The position numbers were made by a program, and so were the translations under genes. A stretch of DNA of 64,000 nucleotides from Camelus ferus (taxonomy: Eukaryota): positions 85,376,001-85,440,000 of the forward strand of contig NC_045696.1 of assembly GCF_009834535.1 (NCBI RefSeq), given 5' to 3'. Below the pieces are notes generated by a model. That model was not told the origin of the DNA and did no database searches. It saw only the letters and a list, made by a program, of their open reading frames with translations. This document shows, piece by piece, positions 26,075-39,197 of this stretch. Each line of letters opens with the position of its first letter. The first letter of the stretch is position 1.

Positions 26075-28314
26075 GGCATGAGTTTACTAGGGCCAGCATG
26101 ACAAAGTACCACAAACTGGATGGCTGAAGACAACAAATTTATTATCTCCTACTTTTGGATGCTAGAAGTCTGAATCAGGGTGACTGAGGTTGGTTCCTTC
26201 TGAAAGCTTTGAGGGAGAAACTTTCTCACGCTTCCCTCCTAGCTTCTGGTGGTCATTGTCAATCTTTGGTGTTTCTTGGTTTCTAACTGTACCATTCTCA
26301 TCTCTGCCTCTATCTCCACCTGGCCTTCTTCCCTGTTTATCTTCACTTGGCCTTCTTATAATCACTACAATCATGGGATTTAGGACCCACCCTAATCTTG
26401 TATGACCTCATTTTATGTTAACTAATTATATCTGCAAAAGCCATATTGCCAAATAAGGTCACATTCTATGATTCCAGGTGGACATTAATTTTGGCAGAGG
26501 GCAAGTTCAGCAACATACACTCTGACCTCTGTCCCCCTCAAATTCACATCTATCCCACATGCAAGATGTTTACACCATCCCAATATCCCTGAAAATCAAA
26601 CCCATTCCTGCATTAACTCTACCTCCAAAATTATCAACTAAGAAAGTTCCAAATCCATCATTTAAATTATCTAAATGAAGAATAGTTGACTCTGGGTATG
26701 ATCCATCCTGGGGCAAAATTCTTCTCTACCTGTGGTGTGTGTTAAACTGGAAAACAAGTTGTTTGCTTCTAAAATATGACAGTGGGACAAGCATACAACA
26801 GACATTCTCATGCTGAAAGGAAGAACACGGAAGGAATACAGAGGTCACTGGACTCAAGAAAGTTCACAACTCAGCAGGGCACATTCCATTAGGTTTCAAG
26901 GCCTGAGAATAATCTTCTGAGGCTAGATGCTTTGCTGTTTGGGCCTGTGGAGGCCCCCCAACTGGCCACAGCCTTTGGGCCACTCTCAGAGTTATTTTTC
27001 CTTTATTTCATTCCATCTCTGTCCCTTTTAGTCCAGGCTGTCAGTATTTATTTTGGTAAGAAATTCTCAAAAATCTTGTCAGCCTTTTATGTATGTCAAG
27101 GGTGTCCACACCATTAGACAGGAGAACCTTCCACTGGTTCTTTCTGGATAAACCTGTCTCTATTCCAAGTTTCTGCTGAGATGGTTCATGGGACTCTTCA
27201 CTCTAATCTCTTCACTAAAAGGTTTTTCAGCCATGGTCTTGGAGCTCTCCAGTGAATGCATTAGCATCTTTTGCAATATGGATAGTATTAGAATTTTCCA
27301 TATCATCACTTTCTGGTTCCTTTTTTTCCACCCATTTTTATTGAGATATAATTGACGTATAACATTATATACGTTCTGGTTCTTGTTCCATTTTGCTTCA
27401 TGGTTTGTTCCTCATTCTACCTCTCTCCTCTTGCATTTTACAGCAAGGAGAAATAAATATAGCAATATATGGCAAGAAGAAATCAGGCCACATTTCCCAT
27501 ATTTTGCTTAGAAATCTCCTCAGCTAAGTAGGCAAAGTCATTGCTTACAAGTTCTACTTTCCATCCAATACACAATTCAACTAAGTTTTCTGACATGTTA
27601 TAACAAGAATCAAGACTCATCTTTCCTTTAGTGTCTAATAATAGGCTTCTCATTTTTTTTTCTGAGTACTCACTAGAAACACCTGTAACATTTATATGTC
27701 TACCAAAATTCATTTCATGATGAACATGCTGTTCATGTATTCTCTGAGATGACAGAAGCTTTTTCTACTATCCTCTTCAACTTGTGTCTGAGCTTTCACC
27801 AGAATCACCTCTAACATCCATATTTCTATTAATCTTCCCTTCAAGACAATATAGGCTTTTTCTATGAAGTTCTTCTACCCATTACCCAATTCTAAAGCCA
27901 CTTCCACAATGTTAGGTATTTGTTATAGCAGGACATCATTTCCTGGTACCAAAATATGTATTAGTTTCCTAGGGTTGTTGTAACAAAGTATGACAAATGG
28001 GGTGTTAAAAGCAACAAATTTATTGTCTCACAGTTCTGGACACTAGAAATCTGAATTCAAGGTGTTGGCAGGGTCAGTTTCTTCTGGAGACTATGTGAGA
28101 GAAAACGGTTTCATGCCTCTCTCTTTGCACCTGGTGGTTGCTTGGATTCCTTGATACTCTTTGTCTTATAGATGTTTTACTCCAATCTCTGCCTCCATCC
28201 TCACAAGGCTTTCCTCCTCGTTTGTCTTCACATGGCCTTCTTATTTCCAAAGATGGTTCCATTCTGAGGTTCCAGGAGGGCATGAATTTTGGGGACACTA
28301 TTCAACCCAGTACA
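26075..28314 (-). mobile_element. MLT1C/D-like MaLR element: LTR 26075-26519, internal 26520-27957, LTR 27958-28314
   Basis: Two related LTRs in the same orientation flank ~1.4 kb MaLR internal sequence (cccacatgcaagat, cctggggcaaaattcttctc, gaaatctcctcagctaa, aaagccacttccaca...ctggtaccaaaa); right LTR internally deleted. Confidence 0.9.
27321..27373 (-). mobile_element. Extremely 5'-truncated L1 (~50 nt) inside the MaLR internal region
   Basis: T-tract + ttttattgagatataattgacgtataacattata (antisense L1 3' end), flanked by duplicated ttctggttc (27311-27319, 27374-27382). Confidence 0.75.
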
Positions 28315-30574
28315 GGAGAAATGTGATTTTCAAATCAGGACCTGGATCCACAGTTAATATAGATGAGTGCAGATTACTTAATAAAGCATTGCTTAGGACA
28401 GAATTTACCAATAAGAGGCACCATTCTCTTACTTCCTGCATTTTTTCCAATCCAATAGGCTTTGATAGAAAAATTTAATCTTGTTAGCTCAAAAGGTTTT
28501 CAAGTTTTCACAGAAAATTGGCACTCAAAATAGTCACAAATATATATTGAACAAACACAAAAGAATAAAAAAATTAAAAGCATTTTGCATTCTTTAATTC
28601 CAAGAGTAGTAAAGGCAATAAATGCTAAAGGAATTTTGAAAAACAAAGTTAACTATAAGCTAAAATCATCACTCTATCCAATTCTTTACATTACGCTTCA
28701 ACCTTATATAAGGTTTACATGAAAGAGAATTAATTTCACATTGCTTATTCTTGGATTTGCCAAACTAATAATAATCCTCCTAGGGTACTGGTTGCTTTAA
28801 TCTTGACATTATGCAGATTTGAGGTTCGAAGGGATGGTGAAGGCGGTGGAGAAACGTACTGCTTCCCGTGGTGCTGGGCTGCTTTGAAAAGATGCCTCCA
28901 GCTGCCTGGCCTGGCCCCTCCAGAGAGCAGCGCGCCTGGAAGAAGGGCTCCAGTGGCTCCTGCCAGCCACACTCCCTGCGGCTCAGTAGGGGGAAATGAC
29001 TTTGAACAAGGACTCAGAAGAATACTGTGACCGAAACAGGGAGTATTGTGGATAGAACAGTGAAGATGAAAGTAAAATGAAGCTGAATAAGCAGATAGGA
29101 GTGGAGGAATTGATGAAATATTCAAATGCCACCTGTTTCCTATCACTCCCACTGCTAGCCATTCCTTGCTCAGTGAAGGAGAGTTATTTAGAAACACTTG
29201 CTTAGTACTCAGTCCTGAGCATTGGGTTAGAAGTAAGAATATCCTTAAGTTTATGTTTCTTTTGCTCGGAGGGGCCGTTGTTTACTATTTGCATTAAATT
29301 CCATTAATATCTGAGGACTTGTCCCCGAGTATGAGCTCCTAAGATAATTCTGGTACGCATGTTTTATTGCTATTAAAAACTACTAGGAAAGAATTATAAT
29401 TTGTTACTTTACACACTCTTCCATGATCCTCTATCCCCTGATCACAGTGACTTGAGTAGCACAAGACGAATACTACATCCTAACTTGCTTTTGTAAAACC
29501 TCTGGTTTCCTGTCACTTACATGATTCTAGCATTAACCCATCAGCCTCCATTTGGGCACCACTGCTGTTGCTTTGGGCACTGACACCCTGCTGCAAATGC
29601 GCTGGACCGGAGACTCCTTTCTCTGCAGCGTCAATGCTCCTGTGCCCATTGTTCACCAAACAAGTGAAGAAAAGACCTCCTATTCCCCTCTAATTGGTTC
29701 GAAAGCAGTACTGTCCAATATTTTAATGTCTTACAGAGTTTTCAGTCAAACAAGCTCCCTTTTTCAATTTCATTGGGTTGAAGGGATAGTTAGTAGTTAA
29801 TAAATGCATTTCTGGACAAAATTCAAACAAATTTGCAGTGCAAAGTACTTCTTTCCCTAAACCATAATTAATTTTGGTGACAGTGGTTTTTACACTGATT
29901 TTTGAATGATATATCTATATGATTTTTCACTAAAATCATAGCATAGAAGTCCCAATCCTAGCAATAACTTTTAAAAATTTTATATAATTTGGACATTAGT
30001 ACATATCTTACTATTTACAGTAGCTGCCTTCAAAGGGTCATTTTTATTGTATTATAATAAAGGATATTTTAAATGTTTTAATCCTTTGCTATTTCCAGAA
30101 ATAGCTAAAATTAATATCTTCACACAGTATATTTTTCACTTATGGGAACCTATCTGGAGGATAAATTTCTGGAAGTAGAATTCCTTGGTCAAAGCTCATG
30201 TGCATTTAAAATTGTAATAAATATTGCCCTATTGTACTCTATAGGAAGCCATACCCAAATAAACTCTACAAAAAGGTTTCCCAACATCTATACTACCTTT
30301 TGCCCTTTGCCAATATGAAAGGTGAAAAATAGAATTTCTTTATAAATATACTTATTTTCGTGTATTTTAAAGCCATTTTTATTTAATTTGATGTGAACTT
30401 TTTTCATGTATGTAACTCCTTTCCAATTCTTTTCTTATTAATTTGTTAGGACTTTAAAATATTTAGGTAAATAGCCTTTTGTATATGATGACTATTCAAA
30501 ACTTGTTTCCCATTTTATCATTTTTCTTTTGATTTTCTATATTGTTTTCCATATTGCTTTTAAATGGATTTGGG

Positions 30575-31063
30575 TCATCAACTGTCCACCAATGGACTAA
30601 CAGAAAAACTTCTTGATCAACATAGCTGAATTTAATAAACTTACTATATAGAAAGGGAAAACACTACCTTGAGAGAATCTTAGTAGTGTCTCACAAGGAG
30701 GATGTTAGGAAATGGCATTTAGAGGGTTTATGGGTCTACATTCAAATTATTTAAGGTGCGTCTTTCAAGGTAAAGAACTGGTTGGAACTGGGCAAAGTTC
30801 ATGACATAATGGTGTAGGACTGGTGGACACAGCAAAGCAAGGTTACTGAAACAATTCTTGGTGAGCAAATTATTGTCCTGATAAGTAAGTTGTTCATCCA
30901 GGTAAGCAAACTGTTTGCCCAGATGAATTGATCTGCAATAACTTCCTAAAGCAAACAGTAAAGTTATTTATTGATTTTTAATTTTATCTTCCTGGGCAAG
31001 AAGTTTATAGAGTGACCAGTTAAATTATGTTGACACAGGTGGTCTCAGTTCTCAAGCCTAACA
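30575..31063 (-). mobile_element. ERV1 LTR, MER89/MER110-like
   Basis: tgatcaacatagctgaatttaat...aacactaccttgagagaatcttagtagtgtctca...gggcaaagttcatgacataat...ttgacacaggtggtctcagttctcaagcctaaca. Confidence 0.8.
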
Positions 31064-33261
31064 ATTAATTATGTTGACGCAGGTGGTCTCAGTTCTTACA
31101 ATTTTGTTTAATATTTTTAGAGAACCTTCCCATTTCAAAGTTTTTTTTAATATAAAAAAGAAACAATTAAAAATTTTCTAATAATTTTATAGTTTCCTCT
31201 TTCTTTTCTCCTCCTGCTCCTCTTCATTCATCTTCCTAATTTAATTATTTGCTCCAAATGGAATTGATAGTAAGAAATGAGGTTGTGGTACAAATATCTT
31301 TTTTTAGATGACTAACCTATTGCCCTAACACCATTATTAATTAATCTACATTTTCTCCAATGATATGAAATGTCACTTTTATCATGTACTAAATTCTATA
31401 CATATCTGCATTATATCTAGACTCTTTTATATTTACTGTTGTTCTATTTATGGAATAGTACTACATTATTTTAACTATTAAGATTTATAATATTTCATAA
31501 TATGCTTGAATATTTTCAGTTATTCAAATCCACCTTATTACTCTTACCTTTCAAAAATTACCTAGCTAATCTTAAACCTTCATTTATCCACATGGACTTT
31601 AGAATCAGCTTGTCTAACACTAATGAAAAATATCCTGTTAGTAGACTGCAGGTATCACAACTTGCACATTGATGTATGATTAATTGAGATTCTTCTAACG
31701 TTAGGGCTCTCTATCCAACAAGAAGGCATTCCTTTCTAATAATTCAAGTTTCATTTTGCATCCCTTAGTAACATTAATCAAGTTTCTTCATAAAAAGTCA
31801 CTATATTTCTTATTTAGGTTATTCAGAGGCTATTGTAAATGAAACGTTTTCTTCCATTATCCTAACAACATATATATACACACACATATATATGCTGTTT
31901 ATTTCGCTATATTGATTTTGCACCAACTGCCTTATTGAAATCTCTTACTGCTTTTGACAGTTTTTTAGTAGTTTCTTTTTAATTCTGTAGATTTTCTATT
32001 TTATCACTGTAAATAATTTTATCTTTGCTTCTTTCTTTCCAATTTTTAGACCTTATTTCTATTTCATGTAAATTCCACTAACTAGTATATTCATAAAAAT
32101 GTTAAATATGTGATGGTAGTTAATTTCTTTATTTGTTCTCAACTTTAATATAAATTCTGTTTTACCATAAAAGACACATACGTGTATATGCACATATAGA
32201 TATGTTTACATGTTATATATATAAAATATACATGTGCAAAATATACACACAGAGATATATTAATAAAAATTATTAAGAAAGTATGTACCTTAGCAATCTT
32301 ACCAAGCATGGATATAGCCTTTGATCAAAATAATTTTTAGTACCAATAGATATAAGCCTCTCTCTATAATTAGAGTAAATTATGCTTATTGAGTTCTTTG
32401 AACTGTCGGTATAAACTTTAATTGGTTGTTTGTGCTATTCTTTTAATAGTTTGGAATTACACTAAAAAATACATAATTGCATAATTTTCATAAGAATGAA
32501 GGTGATGAGATTACTAAAAGACCCCAACAAAGGAAGCAACTTATCTGCTCATGTCTAGTTCCTTCTGTTGCAGAAGTTCCTAAAAATACTGCTTGTTCAA
32601 GGTGAGGATACTGTCAGGTTCTTTAGAACAACTCCTTCCCTAAGTTCTCAAGTAGGACTTTGTACTTTCCTCATTTCTTCAAACTCTTCTGTGATTTGAA
32701 TAGCCCCGCTTATAATGTGCAAGTAACTGGTAATATCTCATGCACATTTCTGGATATTTACTGAAAACCTTGGACAATGGAGCTTCAATTTCCTAGGAAA
32801 ATTATCTTTTATAAAGACCTGAGGTCTACTGCTGAAGATATACATCAACTAGATACACTTTATATTACATAATTTGGGACTTATATAGCTTTATTTATTT
32901 TTGGTCTACTTGAAATGTCACTGGCAAAAGAGATAAATTAATTAAAATATCATACTCCTGAAATGTCACTGAAATTTTCCTTTTAGATTTTGTTCTTATA
33001 TTATTCACACATTGTTGTATGTGACTACAAAATTTTTATGAATTGAACCTTGTCTTATTATAATGAATTTGCCTTGAATCAATGTTTCCTGATGTTCTTG
33101 AATACCTCTGTTGTTGTTTTTCTATTTCCTTCTTTGTCCATCCTTTTCTATTTTATCACTTAGGTTTAAACATATTTCATATACAGTATCTAGTTTGATT
33201 TTACCTTGTCATCTAGACATATTTTTCGTAGTTCTTTATACTAATTTACTTTTTAAAAATT

Positions 33262-33265
<4 letters not shown>

Positions 33266-33322
<57 letters not shown>
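33266..33322. repeat. (TA)n microsatellite
   Basis: Seen directly. Confidence 0.97.
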
Positions 33323-33325
<3 letters not shown>

Positions 33326-34631
33326 TTGATTTGTCAGGTTCAAAAAACATCTTGTGACCTTCAGCCATAAAACAAAAATAAGTCGTTATAGTTTAATACA
33401 TATACTTATAGTTTACATACATTGTCCTTCTCTTACACTTGTACTCTTGACTTTTGATATTAGTGATGGTTTTTTTCTATCTTGACACGGTTTGTGATTT
33501 ATAGTCTGTTTGTAACTATAATTTCCACAATTGGGCTAACTTTGGTCCTACAATTAAATAAACACAATGATAATCGTCAATCTTTTGCCCTTGCATCTGT
33601 ATTTATATTGTCCAATTGATCTTCTATAAATTTCTTCTTCAGAGCTCATGAGGAATATATTCCCTTTGTTCTTGTGCATTTGATACTGTGTATCAGAAAT
33701 GAAATACTGACTGAGTATAAAATTCTCAGGTTCCTCTTTGCTTGAGAAATTGAAAAGTGCTGGGGAAATGTGAGGCCTTCTGCTCTTTACCCACCATAGG
33801 CATTTTCAGCCTTTTGCCTCGAAGCCTGAAGGATTTTCTTTAATTTTGAACTGGAAATATAGCAGGCATTGCTGCAGTTTTACCTCAGACATAGTAAGAC
33901 CATTAAAGTTTCTCATATTCATCTATATTTTAAGTTTTTTTTTAATAGTCTTGGAAAATCTTTGAATTCCATCTTGAAATTTGCTTTTCCTTCTGGTTCT
34001 TTTATTCAAAGATAGCAATTATATCTATCCTGGATCTGCCTTAGGTGTCTTTTTAATTGTTTCTCCTTATTTCTTTAATTCTATTCATAGCCATTTTACT
34101 TTAATTCCATGTTAGTCTATTTTTCCAGTCTGACTCTCTACTCCCTTTCCAGCAGAGTATGTTTCCCTTTCATGTTTTCTCATTTTCTGAAGGTTTTATT
34201 TTCTCTTCTTCTTATCTCTTGAGCTCTGGAGGTTCCTGTATGTATGTCTCCAATGTCTTCCTTTTTCTCAGATTTCTGCTCTGAGCTCCTGCTTTAAATT
34301 TGGTGAAAATCTTAAATCTTGTCCAACATCATATTTTTCTGCCATGTCTTCCTTTTTTTCCACTTGCATTTTTTTCTGTTCCTTATTTTTAACTTGTAGA
34401 ATATTTGCAGATGCTGAGTTGAAGAGTTTAAGGTATCATTTGTCTCTGTGTGAGGTGGATTCTGCTGTTACCACCATCTCTCAGTAGGTTTCTGTGGTAT
34501 AACAGTAAGCACAGTTTACAAGCTTTCAGGGTATCTCCCTGGTTCATGGAGAAATTTCTTACGACACGAGGTTTCGAGTTTGTCGGTGCATATGTGCATG
34601 TGTATATGACACATTTCCACAAACATACATG

Positions 34632-34673
34632 CACACACACACACACACACACACAGAGAAACACAGACAGAGA
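34632..34673. repeat. (CA)n microsatellite with GA-rich tail
   Basis: Seen directly. Confidence 0.9.
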
Positions 34674-35727
34674 GGGATTATTTAGCTTTTATTTCTCCCA
34701 GTGGAAAGGAATCGGCAGTTGCAAGGCTGTTTACCGTTCAAAGGCTTCCCTTTATCCGGATTCCCTGGCAGATTGCTTTTGTACATTTAGAATGTTTGTG
34801 TGCTTTCTTCTTCAGCTTCATCTCCTTACTTCTCTGTGATGATAAATAAGGTCTAGGAAAATCCCTACAGCCCACCCTACCATTTGAGATATGCAGTTGT
34901 TAGTCACGTTTTATCCCTCAGGGTGACCACCTATCCCGGAGTGTTCTCTATGCCAGCATTATCTGATGGTGCAGCTGGAGGTTTCTTTTCTCAGCATTTT
35001 CTTGTATCATATTATTACTGTCACTGGATTTAGCAGGCATTCTTCATGTGTTTTTTAGGGTTACAGATCACTTCTAGTTTTACCACAGATGAGCTGTGTT
35101 TCTCATCTCTTTCTTAGAATTCTCATTGTTTTGCAATTGTTTCAGTGACAAGACGCAAAGGTAATGTAGATGTCATTATTATGTCCTAATAAACCACAAG
35201 TCAGTTCTTACAACTGTATTTTGTTGTTACCTTCTATGTCCATTGTCAACTGTGGACTTAGTCATCAGTCCATTGAGGGTTAATGTGGAAAAAAATATGA
35301 GTGACTGTAACAGTGATGTCACATTCTCACAAAAACCTGAGGCACTACGACTGAATTAATCAAATATCTTCAGGATACTTGGGGTATGTTTTTATCAAGA
35401 GACTCACGATAACTTGGTTCCAGTATGACATTGGTCTTGCCATGACCAGGGTCATAGCTTCAGTTCAAAATGAGGACACTACCATTCAAATATAACAGAC
35501 ATATGAAAGGGAAGTGTTAGAACAATTAAACCCACTGAGGAGGAAAATGAAGTACATTGAAGTAAACTAGCCAGGGCTGAGAAAAAGGTGTTTTGCAGAG
35601 GAAGTATTCTTAAAGAAGGTAATGCATGAGTTGGATCTTGTAAGTTAGGTAAATATCTACTACCCAGACATGAATTGAAATCAGAGGGAACAATGAGTAA
35701 AAGGCAAAGAGAACTGAGAAAGCATGA

Positions 35728-36172
35728 TGTATTAGTGTTCTATTACTGCAAGACAAATTACCACAAACTCAGCAGCTCAAAATCATCCATATATTATCTC
35801 ACAATAGTGTAGGTCAGAATTCTGGGTATATCTCAGCTGAGTTTTCCATGTAGTGTCTCACAAAGCTGCATTAAAAATGTCATCCTGGCTAGAGTTCTTC
35901 CCTGGAGTTTGGGGTCTGCTTTCAAGCTTATTTAGATTGTTGACTGAATTCAATTCCTTGTGGTTATAGGACAGAGGCTTCTGGGGCCAGGAGGACATCT
36001 GTTGCAGCTTGGAATATCTCTGAATTCTTCCTTCTCTGACTTCTACACCTTTTTTCAAAAGGGCTCATCTGATCGAGTCAGGTCCATTCACACTCAAAGG
36101 GAATTACTATACAAAGTGTGCATAACAGAAGGTAGTAATTTTGTAAACCATCTCAGAATTCTGCCTACCATG
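35728..36172 (-). mobile_element. MLT1E/F-like LTR inserted in an L2 fragment (~35440-36420)
   Basis: tgtattagtgttctattactg...attaccacaaactcagcagc...gaattcaattccttgtggttatagg...ccatctcagaattctgcctacca. Confidence 0.85.
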
Positions 36173-36661
36173 TATGGTTTGTTAGAAGAGATTTGAGATC
36201 TTAAATATGACTGCAGTACAGACAAGCATCAGAAAAGCTGAATAAGCAGATAGAGACCTGATGTCTACCATGCAATGGAGTATGAATTTGCTAGGCACAG
36301 GGGCACTACAGACAGACTTTAAGCAGGTAAGATCTTTTCTGCTCTAGCAGCAGCGTGGAAGATGAACTGGTAGAATATAAACTGTAGAAAGAGTTTACCT
36401 TTAGGTATTAAAGAGATAAACATGATAGACTGAATGGATTCATCATAAATTTTCATACATTCATTCAGTATCTACTACGTGCTAAACAACATTCCAGGCA
36501 CTGGGTCAGAAATTAATATAAAACAATGCTCTTTTTCTTAAAATGCAGTGAAAGACAAAAAAAAAAAAAAAGAAAGAAAAAGAAATGCATAAATAAGCAA
36601 GGCAATTTCAGAGTTTATTGCCTGCATTAAGACAACTGGACAGGGTAATGAACTAGAAAAC

Positions 36662-37719
36662 ATACCAATTAGGCTACTTTGATCTGCAATTAACATGAGA
36701 CCCAACTTTAAATGGCTTAAGTAAGAGTGAGATTTATTATCTCACATTAATTAAAAAAAAAAGACTAGAATTAATGTCATGTTAGTGTTACCTGACTCAA
36801 CAATGCCGTTTAGACTCTGGCTCTCTCTGTCTGTCTTCTCTGTCATCCCGATGTCAGCCTTTACACTCAGGCTTCCACCCTCGTGGGCACTGGGCAGCTG
36901 CAATAGTTCCCAGCTTCATGATCTTACACAACAATGCAGAGCTGGTTGTTGAGGGGTTAGATCTTCTTTGATCCCTCTTTTAAGACAAAGAACATTTCTC
37001 AGAATCCCATAAGCAATTTTTCTTTCACGTCTCATTTACCAAATTGCAACCCACGCCCACTCCTGTACTGGATCAAAGTGTACTCAAAATACTGTAACTG
37101 ATTCAGAAAAATGGTTTTTAATCTCAGACTATGGATATCAAAATCTCTGTGTGTGGGACCCTGCCATTGTTGAAAACTACTGAGTTAGACTTATAAAGAT
37201 TTAAACTCATACCAGAAGGGTGATATGCTTACTGAAATAAGTCAGTCAGAGAAAGAAAATATTGTATGTTACTATTTCTATATGAATCTAAAAAATAAAA
37301 CAAACTACTAAAACTAATGAATATAACAAAATAGAAATAAATTCACAGATATGGAGAACAAACGAATAGTTACCAGCGGGAGAGGGAAGTGGGGAGGGGC
37401 ACGATAGAGGTAGGGGATTGAGAGGTACAAACTACATGTATGAAATAAATACGCTACAAGGATATATTGTACAGCACAGAGACTATAGCCAATATTTTAT
37501 AATAACTTTAAATGGAGTATAATCTATAAAAATTTTGAACTACTACGTTGTACACCTGAAACTAATATAATACTGTAAATGAAAAAAAGATTTAAATCCA
37601 CCAGATTTAGACTCATGGAGTTGGAGCCCACATCCTCTGAAACATGTGGTTATGCAAGGAGGGTAAACAAACTCAGGGTGTTGTTTAAAATTAATAAGGG
37701 CAAAGAGTTGTCTGTTACA
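36662..37719 (-). mobile_element. MLT1K/L-like LTR interrupted by L1
   Basis: aatggcttaagtaag...gatttattatctcac...ggcagctgcaatagttcccagcttc...cacgtctcatttaccaaattg. Confidence 0.65.
37210..37588 (+). mobile_element. 5'-truncated lineage-specific L1 3' end (L1_Art/L1MA9-derived type)
   Basis: tgaaataagtcagtcagagaaaga...ggggattgagaggtacaaactac...gctacaaggatatattgtacagcacag...tgtacacctgaaactaatataa + A tail; TSD core aaagatttaaa (37195-37205, 37586-37596). Confidence 0.9.
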
Positions 37720-39197
37720 GAGACTGACAGTGTAGAGGAGTATTTTAGATGGGAAGTTAAGGACTGGTATTTCTAAAAAGGTGATATATGAGCTGAAGCC
37801 TAAGGCTGAGAAGGCAGTCAGCCAGATCTGGGCAAAGCAGGGGGAACCGAAAAGCCCTAAATTAAATATAATCTTGGTATATCAGAGGAAAGAAAGCCAG
37901 CCAGTGTTGGAGAAGTTGGTGGGTCGGTTGCTATAGTCTCTGAGGGTCTTAGTAAGGAGTCTGAACTAAGCACATTGGCACTTATTTCGATGGTAGTAGT
38001 AAGGGTTTACTTTTTTCCCCATTCACTCTAAGGTGAGGAAATGAATCACACAGAGAATTTAAGTGAGAATAAGGGAGTCCACCAGCAGTTTATTCAGTTG
38101 TCCCAGTGACACATGTGGAGAAGAGGGAAAACAAATAGATTTTAAAATAAGACTAGTAGGTTTTGCTTATGAATTGAATATGGGAAACGAGGAAAAGAAA
38201 GAAAAAGAGAGAATGAATGGATCCTTCAATGTTTAAAGGGCCGAACAACTGGGCAAACATGGAGTGGTATGGTTAACTAAGAGTAACAATGTGAACAGAA
38301 TGTTAAAGATAAATACTTTTTAAAAAAGAAAATTAATGATGGAGGAAGATCTCAAGGTATCAGCTGAAAGAAACATATTCAACTAATGCATGTAAATCAA
38401 ACTATAAACCATGACAAAATAACACATAAGTCTCTAGGTAATTGCAGATCTGAACTTACAGTTTTTTACAAAAACAATCAAAAAGCAAACACTGATGAAT
38501 GTCAAAGATAACAACAACTTGTACTGAGAGTTTCAAGACTAAAAATATCTAAAAAATACAGAACTTTTAGGGAGGTTGTTAATACCATAACGACTATAAA
38601 TCTATAAAACTGTAGGTAGGAATTTCATCAAAGTTATCAAATAGAGAAGGTCATTTGGGTTGGAAATATTTATGAAAAACACTGCCTGGAGAGGAAATTT
38701 GAAAAGTTCTTCGTTCCATCTAACCCATCATCTTTCTTCACAAACACACTATTACATATTCATGCATTATGCCTAACTACATTAAGATTATCAGGAAAGA
38801 ACAAATCAGATTGTACTTTATATTCTTGACAAGTTAACTGAAAACTGCAGAATATATCAACTACTACCTTTAGAAATGTGTTGGCGAAAAGAAAAATTTT
38901 CTAAAAGCTTATTTTCCTCTCAGTAGCTAACTTGAAAAAATTAAGAGTAACTGGAAAATGTGGCTTTCAGATACTGATACTTGGCAACATCTGCTAGTTA
39001 TTCAGAAGTAAAAGAATATTTATAAAATAATTTTTGCAAGTCCAACTTTACAAAAGTTGAAAAAAATGAAAATATCATAAATGTCATGCTCATAGAGATG
39101 TACAACAGCTGTTTATAAAATTAAAACAACTAATATATTCCAGGACCTCATCTATGACATTACAAGATTTTGTTTCAAGCCATAAAAAATTACGACT

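Larger units (their letters stand above)
29990..34400 (-). mobile_element. Patchy old L1M (L1ME-like) relic, interrupted by an LTR
   Basis: ctggaagtagaattccttggtcaaag...catggactttagaatcagcttgtc...gctattgtaaatg...tgactgagtataaaattct. Confidence 0.65.
36445..38290 (-). mobile_element. L2 fragment interrupted by MLT1K-like LTR and L1
   Basis: cattcattcagtatctactacgtgc...caggcactggg (36445-36660) resuming as tttagatgggaagttaagg...tgagctgaagcctaagg (37720-38290). Confidence 0.65.

Noticed and set aside
28745..29197. 150-aa and overlapping 75-aa ORFs
   Set aside because: No recognisable domain; explained by locally higher GC
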